Below, one piece after another: positions 39,400 through 52,569 of a DNA stretch of 64,000 bases; position 1 is the stretch's first letter; each line of letters starts with the position of its first letter. The position numbers were made by a program, and so were the translations under genes. Below the pieces are notes generated by a model. It ran no database searches. It saw only the letters and a program-made list of their open reading frames with translations, and had not been told where the DNA came from. The DNA is from Octopus sinensis (taxonomy: Eukaryota): positions 1,198 to 65,197 of the forward strand of contig NW_021832391.1 in the NCBI RefSeq assembly GCF_006345805.1. The letters are read 5' to 3'.

Positions 39400-40235
39400 G
39401 TAAATGTAAGGACAACTGTATTTATTAAACAAGTGTATATCATGATTCGACACAGATAAAACTTGACTTTCAAATGTTGGTTGATATTTTCCTTGTTGTT
39501 TGCATATCATGCCTTGTATTATAGATCCCAAATGGCCAAAGGTAAGTGGTCTTTCTTATTTTGGTGTGGGTTTGCTGTTAGGATTGGTTTTCAGAGTTTA
39601 GTCTATATTAGGGTCAGCTTGAGTATTTGTGAAGGGTTTTTAGAGAGAATAGTCAAGTAAGAGATCAAAGTTTGAACTAGGGGTTGAGATTTGGGGTGAT
39701 GAGGAGAGTAGAGATTGAACAGGTTTATTTATAGTGTTGATGACTGTTTTATATCGGGTTTAGCATTGAAAAGCAGGGATGGGGGCTGGGTGCTTGGATA
39801 AGATGCGGATGTCAGGTTGATCCAAGTTATCTCCATGGTGGTCTTTGGCATGTTGGTAGAGTATAGAAGACTGTTTTCTGTCGTCAAGTTGTCTTAAATG
39901 TTCATTTATCCGTTCCGCAATGCTCTTAGACGTCTCCTCTATGTACATCATGTTCATGTCCTTACAAGCACCTTCTATGCATCTTATATTGTAAACTACA
40001 TTTCGAGTTCTACAGTTAATACCAGGGCTAATTCTACATGCCATGCAGTTATCAATTGTGCATATGGTATTCTTAAACGGGCATGTCCTTCATAATTGTG
40101 ACCTGACGGAGTTCCTTGGCTTTTCAACAATTTTAATGTTGAGTTTGGTCTCTTTCAGAGCTTTTCTAAATCTACGGGCTAGTTCTCCATGGGCTCTGGC
40201 CTCTACTAATATCACTCCTTGAATTTTTACTGGTG
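39400..40235 (-). mobile_element. PLE GIY-YIG endonuclease region and 3' end
   Basis: HGELARRFRKALKET...NCRTRNVVYNIRC...MYIEETSKSIAERINEH (ORF 39760-40044). Confidence 0.85.
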
Positions 40236-40319
40236 AGTGTGTATTTAATAATAAGGCACTAAAAGAGAAAGACTATCCCCAGACACAACAGAATATACAC
40301 TGTTTTCGCTAATTACTCT

Positions 40320-40710
40320 TTCACTCACTTTTGCTACTTTCAGTTATTTGACTGCGGCCATGTTGGAGCACCGCCTTCAGTCAAACAAATAGAGCCCAGG
40401 ACCTATTCTCTTTTGCCGAACCGTTCAGTTACGGGTGCGTGAAAACAGCAGCATCGTTTGTCAAGCGCTGTTCGATGGATAAAGAGGCATACAAACGTAT
40501 ATGTATATATATATATATATGTGTATATATATATATATATGTATACACACACGATGGGCTTCATTTAGTTTCCGTCTACGAAATCTATTCACAAGGCTTT
40601 GGTCACCCCGAGGCTATAGTTGAAGACACTTGTCCAAGGTTCCACGCAGTGGGACTGAACCCAGAGCGCAGTGGTTCGTAAGCAAGCTACTTATCACAAA
40701 GCCGCTACTA
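40320..40710 (-). mobile_element. Full-length tRNA/CORE-type SINE with internal microsatellite and LINE-like tail
   Basis: Head GGGACTGAACCC on the plus strand (B box on minus), CORE-like body, tail GGCCATGTTGGAGCACCGCC. Confidence 0.8.
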
Positions 40711-41578
40711 CGCCTAGCAGCATATATATATATATATATATATATTTATAAAACTGAAATGCGAAAAGTTTGTTTGTTTGTTTGTCTGGAACGGTTTAAA
40801 GACCACTACATCCCGTCGGATTGACTCCAAAATTTACGGTTCGTGATCAATCATTCTCACAGAAATGCGTGCACAAACAGACACAGAATGTCATGGTTTA
40901 AAGGTCAACATGTTTAAAACATAAATAGCTACGAGTTTGCCTATATGCATGTATCTATGTGCATAAGTGCGGACGTGTGTTTCCAGAATGTCTCAGTTTT
41001 AAGGTCAACATATTTAAGACATAAATAGGTACGAGATTGCGTCTTTGCATGTATCTATATTCGTGGGTGCGGACGTGCGAGTGTTTGTGCGTGTGTGAGC
41101 ACAGTCCACCTATACCCAAGCTGGTTGCATCGTCTCATAAGAACCAGCCGTGAAAGTTCCGGATCACATTAATGAACTCATTTGCATACAAACAATTAGG
41201 ACTCGCCTTGAACTTGTCCGGTTAACAAACAGTAGTGTCTGAATGGGAATTAGCTTGCTTACCTAACAAATGTTTCCGAGTTCAGTCCCACTGGGTGGCA
41301 TGTTGGGCAAATGTCTTCTACTATAGTCTCGGGCCGACCAAAGCCTTGTGAGTGGATTTGGGAGACGGAAACTAAAAGAAGACTGTCGTATGTATATATA
41401 TATATATATGTAGCAGTAAGAGTGGCTATGTAGCTTGCTTTCCAAACACGGTGTTTCTGGTTCAGTCCACCTACGTGGCCCCATGGGCAAGTGTCTTCCA
41501 ATATAGCCTCAGACAGACCAACGTTTCTGAGTAGATTTGGTACACGGAAACAGAAAGTAGCCCGTGGTATTTAGATAG

Positions 41579-41624
<46 letters not shown>

Positions 41625-41626
<2 letters not shown>

Positions 41627-42330
41627 CAATTAAGGACAACTACTTAATAAGGAAAACTTAACAAGAAATTGTCAGGTAGATAGCGTAAAAACCTCATAAG
41701 AGAAAAAGTTTCGAAAATAATTATTTCTTATTGAACATATTAATTTATATATAGAGGGCATTATACATACATGCCAGAAGGCATTATACATACATGCCAA
41801 ACGCTAAGAGGGACAATCAGTCATTTCTACCAAAAATATTACTAATCCACCGAATGCAATTTTTCAAAGTAAGACATTTAAAAATATAGACCTGTATCAC
41901 AGTGATTTCATACTTACGTAATCATCAGCAGGCCTGAATGTATTATAAATAAACAACGACCCTGCCCCGCTTAAGCCGATCAGCTAACTGATCAACATCA
42001 ACGAAGCACATGGGTGAGTTTACATATATTACATCCGGATAAATGGCAAACTTTTACGAATTGCATTTCGGGAGAGGAAAAGTTTTTTCGGAATAAAAAT
42101 TTAGCAATTAAGGACAACTACTTAATAAGGAAAACTTAACAAGAAATTGTCAGGTAGATAGCGTAAAAACCTCATAAGAGAAAAAATTTCGAAAATAATT
42201 ATTTCTTATTGAACATATTAATTTATATATAGAGGGCATTATACATACATGCCAGAAGGCATTATACATACATGCCAAACGCTAAGAGGGACAATCAGTC
42301 ATTTCTACCAAAAATATTACTAATCCCACC
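41625..42330. repeat. 478-bp unit present as 1.5 head-to-tail copies (PLE pLTR-like or retrozyme-like)
   Basis: AGCAATTAAGGACAACTAC at 41625 and 42103; the second copy stops near 42330. Confidence 0.85.
41889..41934 (-). ncRNA. Candidate type I hammerhead ribozyme with canonical core
   Basis: GGCCTG-CTGATGA-T-TAC-GTAA-GTA-T-GAAA-TCACTGTG-ATA-CAGGTC. Confidence 0.7.
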
Positions 42331-42381
42331 GAAATGACTGATTGTCCCTCTTAGCGTTTGGCATGTATGTATAATGCCTTC
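42255..42381. repeat. Perfect 51-bp inverted repeat with 25-nt spacer
   Basis: 42255-42305 is the reverse complement of 42331-42381. Confidence 0.95.
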
Positions 42382-43359
42382 ATTATACATTTCTAAGATA
42401 CCCACATTTAAAATCACTAACTACTAAATCAAAATAAGTTCAGTTTATTGCACCTTTAGTGGCTTCAGATATTGCTTATATTTTTCCCATGTGTCGTCAA
42501 TGTATTAATTTCACAAGTGGATGACAGAAATTCTAATACTGGCGTGGAGGGAGCTGATATTCTAACTGCGAGTGCAAAGCACCCAATACCCCTCTACATT
42601 CTGAATAAATTGTATGTTTGTGCTAGTTAGGGTTTTATGTGTGAATGTGTAACTGCGTTTTCATTTCTGTGTGTGGGTGCGTATGTTTGTGTGTGACTAT
42701 TTTCATTTCTATTTGTGTGTGTGCATGTGTAGGTATGTAACTGTTTTCATTTCAGTGTTTGTGTTTGTGTGAATGTTTTTATTTCTGTGTATACGTGTGT
42801 GTGAGCGTATGTTTGTATGCGACAATTACAGCTACAACAAATACTTTAAGCATCTCTAAGATACCCACATTTGCAGATCCCTAAGTTCTAAATGAAAAGA
42901 AGTTCAATTTATTGCATCTTTAGCGACTTCAGATTTGCGAGTGTTAATCACCCAATGCCTCCCGTATCTACATACCTGGATCGGCCATTATTGGCCTCAT
43001 TCGGAGATCTCTCGGGTGTGGAATATTTATGACTATAGAAGTTAACTTGTTACAGGTTTTGTTTATGGCTTAACTTTTGTAGATTTTGGGAAGTTCATAG
43101 ATGTTACTGGCTTTGCAGTCAAATCTAGTCAAGCAATTTGAGTCCTTTTTTGTTAAACCGTGTTGGAACTGGTGGATAAGAGTAGACAGTTTGGTCATTA
43201 TCTTCGATTGACTGTAGTTGTTGATGCTTTTAACCGATGCTGGTGTGTTTTACTCCCTATATTTTAGCGGTTCGGCAAAAGAGAACAAGTTAGAATAAAT
43301 ACTAGGCTTACAAAGAATATGTGCTGCGGACGATGTGCTCGATTAAAGGCGGCGCTCCA

Positions 43360-43412
<53 letters not shown>

Positions 43413-46310
43413 CACATACAAATATACGTATATATACCCACACACGCATATATATAATCTAAAACAAAAAAGAAACTGGATTATGTCCGAAGAGTAGTAC
43501 TAGATAACATTATTACTTTATATATTTGTGGGGTGTAGTGAAATATAAATGATCAGCTAGTCAATGTTTATTTGTTAAAGGTACCAGCAGATTACTTGGA
43601 TGTGTATGTGTCTCTGTTGGTGTGCGCATGGTCGTGTCTCCTTTCGCTGGCGTAAAACGACTACACCTATTACAGAAATTACAATATGAAACGTATTATA
43701 TGACGTTTAGGAGATATTTTCAGCTATCTCCCTAGTGAACAGCGACTTTTGTCGCTATTTGCTCTTTTACTCTCATTTACTTGTTTCAATCATTTAACTG
43801 GCCATGCTGAAACAACACCTTCAGTCGAGCATATCGACCCCAGGACTTATTATTTGTAGGCCTAGTTCATATTCTAACAGTCTCTTTCGCTGAACCTCTA
43901 AGTTATGGGGTCCTAGACATATATATATATATATATATATATAATATACACACACATGTATATAAAAGTACGTAGTCGCACACACAGAAATGGAAATACA
44001 CACATCTAACCCTAACCCAGTTTCATATCCCTTTGGCATTTAAACTTAAATATAAAAATGAATCTCAAACCAAGGAAAGTAACTCCCTCTACATCTCTTA
44101 CTTGACAAGAGTTACATCCGTTGATTGATACTAATATAATTTAACATTAAGATACGTAAATAGTGTTTGAATAATAATAGGCTGGAATGGATTAGGGTTA
44201 GATTTAGGTTTAGAAGACAATTGGACAAGATGCGAGGCAGTGGGAATGAAACTGAAACCATGTGGTTCGTAGGCAAACTACTTACCACATAGCCATTCCT
44301 GCGCCGATATTCATATATACGACGGGCTTCTTTCAGTTTCCCTCTACCAACCCTACTCAGAATACATTGGTCGACCCGGGGGTATAGTTGAATACACTTG
44401 CCGAAGGTGCCACGCTGTTGGATTGAACCCAGCACATTGAGGTTGGTGAGCAAACACTCTCACACATGCGCGAGCGCAAACAGACACAGAGATGAAAGCA
44501 CACATATTGGCTGACCCACACACTCACACAATTTCTTCAGAGTGTCACGGTTTTAAGGTCAACTTATTGAAAACATAAAATAGCTTTGCATGTATCTATG
44601 TGCATGAGTGCGGAAGTGTGGGTATTTGTGCGTGTGTGAGCGCAGTCCACACATACCCAAGGTTGTCGCATCGGCTAATGTGACCCACACGCGAAAGTCT
44701 GTTTTACCCAGACATACACATACAGATATACGTGTATATACCCACGCACGTATATGTAGTGTCTAAAACAAAAAAACTGTAAGGGATGGAACGGGAGTTC
44801 TTTCCGTTTTATTAAGAAAACTTGCATCTGTATGTGTGATAGTACGTGCGTGCAATCTCGTGTGCCCTTCGAGTGCGAACAAACACACACACATTTAAAC
44901 ATATATACGATGGTATTTTTTCAGTTTCCTTCCACTAAATCCAATCACAAGGATTAGGTCGGCCTTGGGGTACAGTAGTAGACAATTGCATAAGATGACA
45001 GGCAGTGGGAGTGAACACCAAACCATGTGGTTCGCAAGCGAACTACTTACAACATAGCCATTGCTACGCCGATATTCATATATACGACGGGCTTCTTTCA
45101 GTTTCCCTCTACCAACTCCACTCAGAATACTTTGGTCGGCCCAAGGCTATAGTTGAATACACTTGCCGAAGGTGCAAAGCTGTTGGTTTGAACTCATTGC
45201 ATTGCGTTTCGTGAGCAATCATTCTCACAGAAATGCGCGCACAGACACAGAATGTCACGGTTTAAAGGCCAACATGTTTAAAACATAAATAGCTACGAGT
45301 TTGCATACATGCATGTCTCTATGTGCATGGTTGCGGACGTGTGTTTCCAGAATGTCGCAGTTTTAAGGTCAACATATTTGAAACATAAATAGGTACGAGA
45401 TTGCGTCTTTGCATGTATCTATATTCGTGGGTGCGGACGTGTGAGTGTTTGTGCGTGTGTGAGCACAGTCCACCTATACCCAAGTTGGTTGCATTGTCTT
45501 ATGGGAACCAGCCGTGAAAGTTCCGGACCACATTAATGAACTCATTTGCATACAAACAATTAGGGCTCACCTTGAACTTGTCCGGTTAACAAACAGTAGT
45601 GACTGAATGGGAATTAGCTTGCTTACCTAACAAATGTTCCCGAGTTCAGTCCCACTGGGTGGCATGTTGGGCAAATGTCTTCTGCTATAGTCTCGGGCCG
45701 ACCAAAGCCTTGTGAGTGGATTTGGGAGACGGAAACTAAAAGAAGACTGTCGTATATATATATGTAGCAGTAAGAGTGGCTGTGGTATGTAGCTTGCTTT
45801 CCAAACACGGTGTTTCTGGTTCAGCCCAACTACGTGGCCCCATGGGCAAGTGTCTTCCAATATAGCCTCGGACAGACCAACATTTCTGAGTAGATTTGGT
45901 ACACGGAAACAGAAAGTAGCCCGTCGTATTTAGATAGGTGTATATATATATATCTATAATATGTATATATATAAAGAGAGAGAGAGAGAGAGAGAGACAT
46001 AAGTATATATTGACAGATTTATGTATATACATTTAGATATTTAAACATATAAGGGATGGCCATAATGGGACATCCGACTCACTAGAGAGAGCAGTTAAAC
46101 TCCAAAAAATCGTAAAAGACTGTCATGTCTGAATAATATTTTCGAGAGTTATTTCCCCCGTATATTATAATTTAAATAAAAGTAGTATAATTATATGTAA
46201 GGAACGTAACTCTGGAAGATGTTATCTAGTTAACTCCCTTCCGAGAGTTAATTTCCTTAAATATTATTTTATTATGTGAATATTCTGCATAGGCACACAC
46301 ACAAATTTAC

Positions 46311-46810
46311 ATTCAATTTTCATTTACAATTCCACTTACACGACATTGGTTGGACTGGATCTATAGAAGGCACTTGCCCAGGCTGTGGCACAGTGGTGTA
46401 CCATAGCCTATTTTACATAAATCTCATCACACACTTTAGCTATAATTGTATGGATGACCCTACATAAACCCATCCCTGATCAAGACAAATAGAGGAAAGC
46501 TAAGTAGCGCTATGTAAACAATGCCAGCATACAAAAAGAAAAAAACACCAGCACATTTCCATTCAATTTTCATTTACAATTCCACTTACACGACATTGGT
46601 TGGACTGGATCTATAGAAGGCACTTGCCCAGGCTGTGGCACAGTGGTGTACCATAGCCTATTTTACATAAATCTCATCACACACTTTAGCTATAATTGTA
46701 TGGATGCCCCTATATAAACCCATCCCTGATCAAGACAAATAGAGGAAAGCTAAGTAGCGCTATGTAAACAATGCCAGCATACAAAAAGAAAAAGAAAACA
46801 CAAGCACAAG
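46311..46810. repeat. 250-bp direct tandem duplication
   Basis: ATTCAATTTTCATTTACAATTCC at 46311 and 46561; copies nearly identical. Confidence 0.95.
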
Positions 46811-46825
46811 AGATGCAGCACGGAC

Positions 46826-46875
46826 TTTGTCAGTGAACAGGTCGCGGATTTTAGCGACGAAAATATTTTGACAAA
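46826..46875 (+). ncRNA. Candidate type I hammerhead, G3:C8 core variant, in solo PLE terminus 46811-47015
   Basis: TTTGTCA-GTGAACA-G-GTCGC-GGATTTTA-GCGAC-GAAAATATTT-TGACAAA. Confidence 0.6.
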
Positions 46876-49800
46876 TTAAACTTAAATGTTGAAGTGAATC
46901 GAACGGCTTTTATGTGTTTCTTAAATGGCTTATAAACACCTTCCACGCTGCAATTGTTTTCGTTTCAGCACACGATCTCAAATCAAATTACTTGCTATGC
47001 GAGTACATATCCGTAATATTTTATTATTGTTAAATTTTAATATTTAAGGGAAGTAACTGTAGAAGATACTTTGTAATTATTTCCCTTAGGTATTTCTTAT
47101 TATAATATAGACTTTGTCGCTCTTTGACTCTTTCAGTTATTTCACTGTGACCATGGTGGAGCACCGCCTTTAGTGAAGCAAATCAACCCCAGCAATTATT
47201 CTTTGTATGCCTTTACTTAACGTATAGGTCTCTTTTGCAGAACCGATAAGTTACAGGGACGTAATGTTCGATGTACTGATTTAGTGGGTATTTATTTATT
47301 GTAATAATTTCAATTATCATAAATTATGGGCTAGGAAAAATACTAGAAACTTTTTTGATAGACCTATTGGGGCTCCTTGTGTGTGTGGGACTGTTTTTAT
47401 TTATGTGAGTGTGGGTATTTTCATTTCAGTGTTTGTGTGTGTGTGTGTGTGTGTGTGTGAGAGGCTTTTTTTTCTGTGTGCGCGAGTGTGTGAGCGACTG
47501 AGTGTTTCTATTTGTTTGTGTGTGTGCGACACTTACAAATGCAAGAAGCACTTTGACCATTTGTAAGATACCCACATTTGAGATCACTAACTACTAAATC
47601 AAAATAAGTTCAATTTATTGCACCTTTAGTGACTTGAGATGTTGCTCATATTTTTCCCATGTGTCGACAATGTATTAATTTCACAAGTGGATAAAAGAAA
47701 TTCTCATACTGGCGTGGAGGGGGCTGATATTCTAACTGCGAGTTCAAAGCACCCAATGCCCCTTTACATTCTGAATAAATTGTATGTTTGTGCTAGTTAG
47801 GGTTAGGGTTTTATGTGTGAGTGTGTAACTGCGTTTTCATTTCTGTGTGTGGGTGCGTATATTTGTGTGTGTCTGTGTTTGTGCATGTGTAGGTATGTAA
47901 CTGTTTTCATTTCTGTGTTTGTCCAAGAAATAGCTGTGTATTTTCATTTGTGTGTTTGTCTTTGTGCGTATGTGAGTGTTTTTGTGAGAATTTTTTTCCA
48001 GTGTTTGTGTGCGTGGGACTTTTTATATGTGTGTGTTGGTATTTTCATTTCAGTGTTTTTGTTTGTGTGAATGTTTTTATTTTTGTGTGTACGTGTGTGT
48101 GAGCGACTGTGTTTTTATTCGTTTGTGTGTGTGCGACAATTACAGCTACAACAAACACTTTAAGCATCTCAAAGATACCCACATTTGCAGATCCCTAAGT
48201 TCTAAATGAAAAGAAGTTCAATTTATTGCACCTTTAGCGACTTCAGATTTGCGAGTGTTAAGCATCCAATGCCTCCCGTATCTACATACCTGTATTGGCC
48301 ATAATTGGCCTCATTCGGATATCTCTCAAGTTAACTTGTTACAGGTTTTGTTTATGGCTTAACTTTTGTAGATTTTGGGAAGTTCATAGATGTTACTAGC
48401 TTTGCAGTGAAATCTAGTCAAGCAATTTGTCTCCTTTTTTGTTAAATCCTGTTGGAACTGGTGGATAAGAGTATACAGTTTGGTCATTACCTTCGAACGA
48501 CTGTAGCTGTTGATGTTTTTACCGATACAGGTGTGTTTTACTCCCTGTATTTTAGCGGTTCGGCAAAAGAGAACAAGTTAGAATATATACTAGGCTTACA
48601 AAGAAGTGCTGCGGACGATGTGATCGACTAAAGGCGGCGCTCCAGTATTTATATATATATATACTTACAGATATACGTGTATATACCCACATACGCATAT
48701 ATACTATATAAAACAAAAAAGAAACTTGATTATGTCATTATTACTTTATTACAGATATTACAACATGAAGCGTATTATATGACGTAGATAAAAGTCCTAG
48801 TGTCGATTTGCTCAAGAAAAGGATGTGCTCCAGCATAGGCACAGTGAAATGACTAAACCAAGAAAAGAGTAAAAGTAAATGTAAGGAAGATTTTTTCGTC
48901 ATCTCCCTTTCTAGAGTTACTCCCCCTGCATATTATTAGTTAGTAAATTATAATATGCGAGGTAAGTAACTCTACAAGGTAAGATAACTCCAAAATCTTC
49001 CAGAGTTACTTCCCTCACATATAATTGCTAAATATGCTAGCGAAGGGAAGTAACTCTAGAAAGGGAGATAATTACAAAATTTCCAGAGTTACTTCCCTTA
49101 CATGTATCAGTGTTTGTGTACGTGAAACTGTTTTTATTTGTGTGTGTGAGTGTCGGTGGTTTCATTTCAGTGTTTGTGTTTGTGTGAGTGTTTTTATTTC
49201 TGTGTGTATGTGTGTGTGAACCTATGTGCGTTTTTATTCGTTTGTGTGTGTGCGACATTTACAGCTACAACAAACACTTTAAGCATCTCCAAGATACCCA
49301 CATTTGCAAATCACTAGCTGCTAAATAAAAAGACGTTCAATTTATTGCTACTTGAGGTTTACGATTGTTAAGCACCCAATGCTCCCCGTATCTACATACC
49401 TAGTACTGGCTTTGCAGTGAAATCTAGTCAACAATTTGTCTCCTTTTTTGTTAAATCGTGTTCGAACTGGTGGATAAGAGTAGACAGTTTGGTCATTATC
49501 TTCGATTGACTAGTTGTTGATGTTTTAACCGATGTTTTACTCCCTGTATTTTAGCAGTTCGGCAAAAGTGAACAAGTTAGAATAAATACTAGGCTTACAA
49601 CGAATAAGTGCTGCGGACGATGTGCTCGACTAAAGGCGGCGCTCCAGTATTTATATATATATATATATATATATATTTACATAGATATAGGTGTATATAC
49701 CTACGTACGCATATATACTATCTAAAACAAAAAAGAAACTTGATTATGTCATTATTATTTTATTACATATATTACTTTCTTACAGATATTACAACATGAA

Positions 49801-50314
49801 ACGTATTATATGACGTTAGGGAAGTAACTCAAGGAGATATTTTCTGCTATCTCCCTAGTGAACAGGTCATAGACTTTTCTCGTTACTTACTCTTTTACTC
49901 TCATTTACTTGTTTCAGTCATTTGACTGAGGCCATGTTGCAGCACCACCTTCAGTCGAGCATATCGACCCCAGGACTTATTCTTTGTAGGCCTAGTACTT
50001 ATTCTATCAGTCTCTTACGCTGAACCTCTAAGTTATGGGGACGTAAACAGACTAGCATCCGTTGTGTAGCAATGTTTGGGGACAAAGAGACACACGCACA
50101 CACATATAAACATATATATGACTGGAGTTTTCCAGTTTCCTTCCACCAAATCCAATCACAAGGCTTTGGTCGGCTCGGGGCTATAGTAGATTTTTCCTCC
50201 CTGTATTTCAGCGGCTCGGCAGAAAAGAATAAGTTAGAATAAATACTAGGCTTAGAAAGAATAAGTGCTGCTGACGATGTGCTCGAAGAAGATAGATTGG
50301 TATATATATATATA

Positions 50315-50946
50315 TACTAGCAGTATCGCCCGGCGTTGCTCGGGTTTGTAAGGGAAATAACTATATAAGCATTTTTAGAGAGTTATAGCCAAAAAATAGC
50401 AAAAAATGCATTAAAAATGGAAAAAATATGATGGTAAATTTTTTTTTTAATCGTTGACTCATCGTAGACATTTTTAGAGAGTTACTTCCCTTATATAATA
50501 GTGAAAAAATGCATTAAAATGGAAAAAACGATGGTAAATTTTTTTTAAATCGTAGACTCATGTAGACGCTTTCTTAGCCATTTCTGTTTTGGTGTCTTCA
50601 AGCCATGAAGTCGTTGTTCTAAAAGAACGCTGGTCTCCTTGACAACGCATTACGACGTTGATTTCCTTACACTCCCTTCCCCACAGGTGCAGGTGTGAGC
50701 GTGGATGCCAACTCCGCCGCCATCGACACACGAAAAATTATGCATTAAAATGGAATAAAAAATGTTAAATTATTTTTAAAATCGTAGACTCATCGTAGAC
50801 GCGCGCTAATACTCAGACGGGCTCGATATGAATCACGACTATAAGCTACCCGAATTTGGTTAAACTGCACCGCAAAATGTGGGAGTAGTTAGGAATCTAA
50901 ATCGAAGGGGACAGACACTCACACAACTACAGTTTTATATATATAG
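50315..50946 (-). mobile_element. Complete non-autonomous Helitron
   Basis: Minus strand: A|TC 5' end (TCTATATATATAAAACTG), GC hairpin CCCGAGCAACGCCGGG 8 nt before the CTAG|T 3' end. Confidence 0.8.
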
Positions 50947-50959
50947 ATATACATAGCGC

Positions 50960-51555
50960 GGTAGTGGTGAGATGTGACAGCAAAGAAAAGCATACATTCA
51001 CTCTCTGCATGCAATTATACTCGGAAAGTTCGTGAGGAACCCATTGACCCAATTTGCTGACTTTTCCGATAGCACACAGGTCTCAATGAATGGTTGAATG
51101 ACCAAATCCAAGCTTCTCTGCTAGTTCCTCAATAGTTACGATGAGATTTTGTTCCAGGGTTTTCAGGATGTCCTTGTCGAGTTCTACAGATCTTTCAGGA
51201 TGAGGCTCGTCTTCTAGGCTGTAGTTTATGGCTCGGAATTTCTGGAACCACCATTGACACTGCCTTACGCTTATTGTCCAATCCCCATATACTGCATTAA
51301 TATTTCTTGTACTTTCCGTTGCGTTGTTGTCTTTATTGAACTCATAAAGCAAAATATGCTAAATATGCTCCTTTGTTACTTCCAACATAGCTTTGAAAAA
51401 AATAGCTGTTAAAATTGAAATGCACTCTTCAAAACTTGCACTATGAATAAGGACAAGATAAAATTACTACCTGCTTTTATAGCAAGTTAATATAAGTAGT
51501 TTATCCCATTCCCCTCTGACTTTTAGTTCAAGCTGTTGAAAAAACCGCATTATTA
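50960..51555 (-). mobile_element. Mariner transposase 5' fragment (HTH domain)
   Basis: LYEFNKDNNATESTRNINAVYG...WFQKFR...SLEDEP...LAEKLGFGHSTIH, then KLGQWVPHEL. Confidence 0.88.
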
Positions 51556-52481
51556 TATATATATACATACATACACATACACACACACTCTCTCTCTCTC
51601 ACACACATGCACACATTTATATTCTGTTATTCTTTTATATGTTTCAGCCTTGAGGTTGTGGCCATGCTGGATCATGTGTGTGTGTGTGTGTGTGTGTGTC
51701 TATCTGTCTGTCTGTCTGTATGTATATATGTATATGTATGTGTGTGAACAATAATATTTTTCAACAGATGTGTTGCAAATGTATCTGATTGTTCTGAAGC
51801 TTCAATACTGTGTGTGTGTGTATGTGTGTGTGTATGTATGTATGTATATGTATGTATGTATATGTATGTATGTATGTATGTATATGTATGTATGTATGTA
51901 TGTATGTGTGTATGTATGTATGTATGTATGTGTGTGTGTATGTATGTGTGTGTATGTGTGTGTGTATGTATGTATGTATGTATGTATGTATGAGTGTATG
52001 TTTACTTTATTACTAACACAAGCCACTACGGTTATTTAATGTAAAGTCTTCCTCAAATCACTCTCTCTCGCTATTTACTCTCTTCCAAGAACATTTTCAC
52101 TCACTCTTATCTATTAGCTTCCCATACATTTTACTCATGTATCTATCAGCGTCATAGACAGAAACAAATATTACATCGTCACCGCATTCTATTGTCTACC
52201 TGTCAACACACTGAATTACTTTCACTTTATTCGTAGCACACTGTGTGTGTGCGTTTGCGTGTGCTGTAAACCAGACTAAGAAAAGCATTTGACATACACA
52301 CCAGAATGTGAGTTTTCTGTAAATTTTGCTTAATTGGAGTTTAAATTTTAAAAACTGGACCTGGCATGACCCGATGCATTCTACTCTTAAAAATGCTAGG
52401 TAAATTGTAATTGAAGAAATCCTATATTGTAGATTTCTATAAGATACAAAGGGAGGCAGATAAAATCTGCCTTTTATAATA

Positions 52482-52549
<68 letters not shown>

Positions 52550-52569
52550 ATATGTCAGATATATATAAA

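Larger units (their letters stand above)
42385..50310. repeat. Mosaic of duplicated modules (SINE pieces, PLE RT fragment at 42975-43230 and 48290-48520, GT-rich tracts)
   Basis: 42385-43700 matches 47565-48790 and partly 49230-49810; 44715-46260 matches 62185-63830; 47075-47625 matches 61550-62085. Confidence 0.8.
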
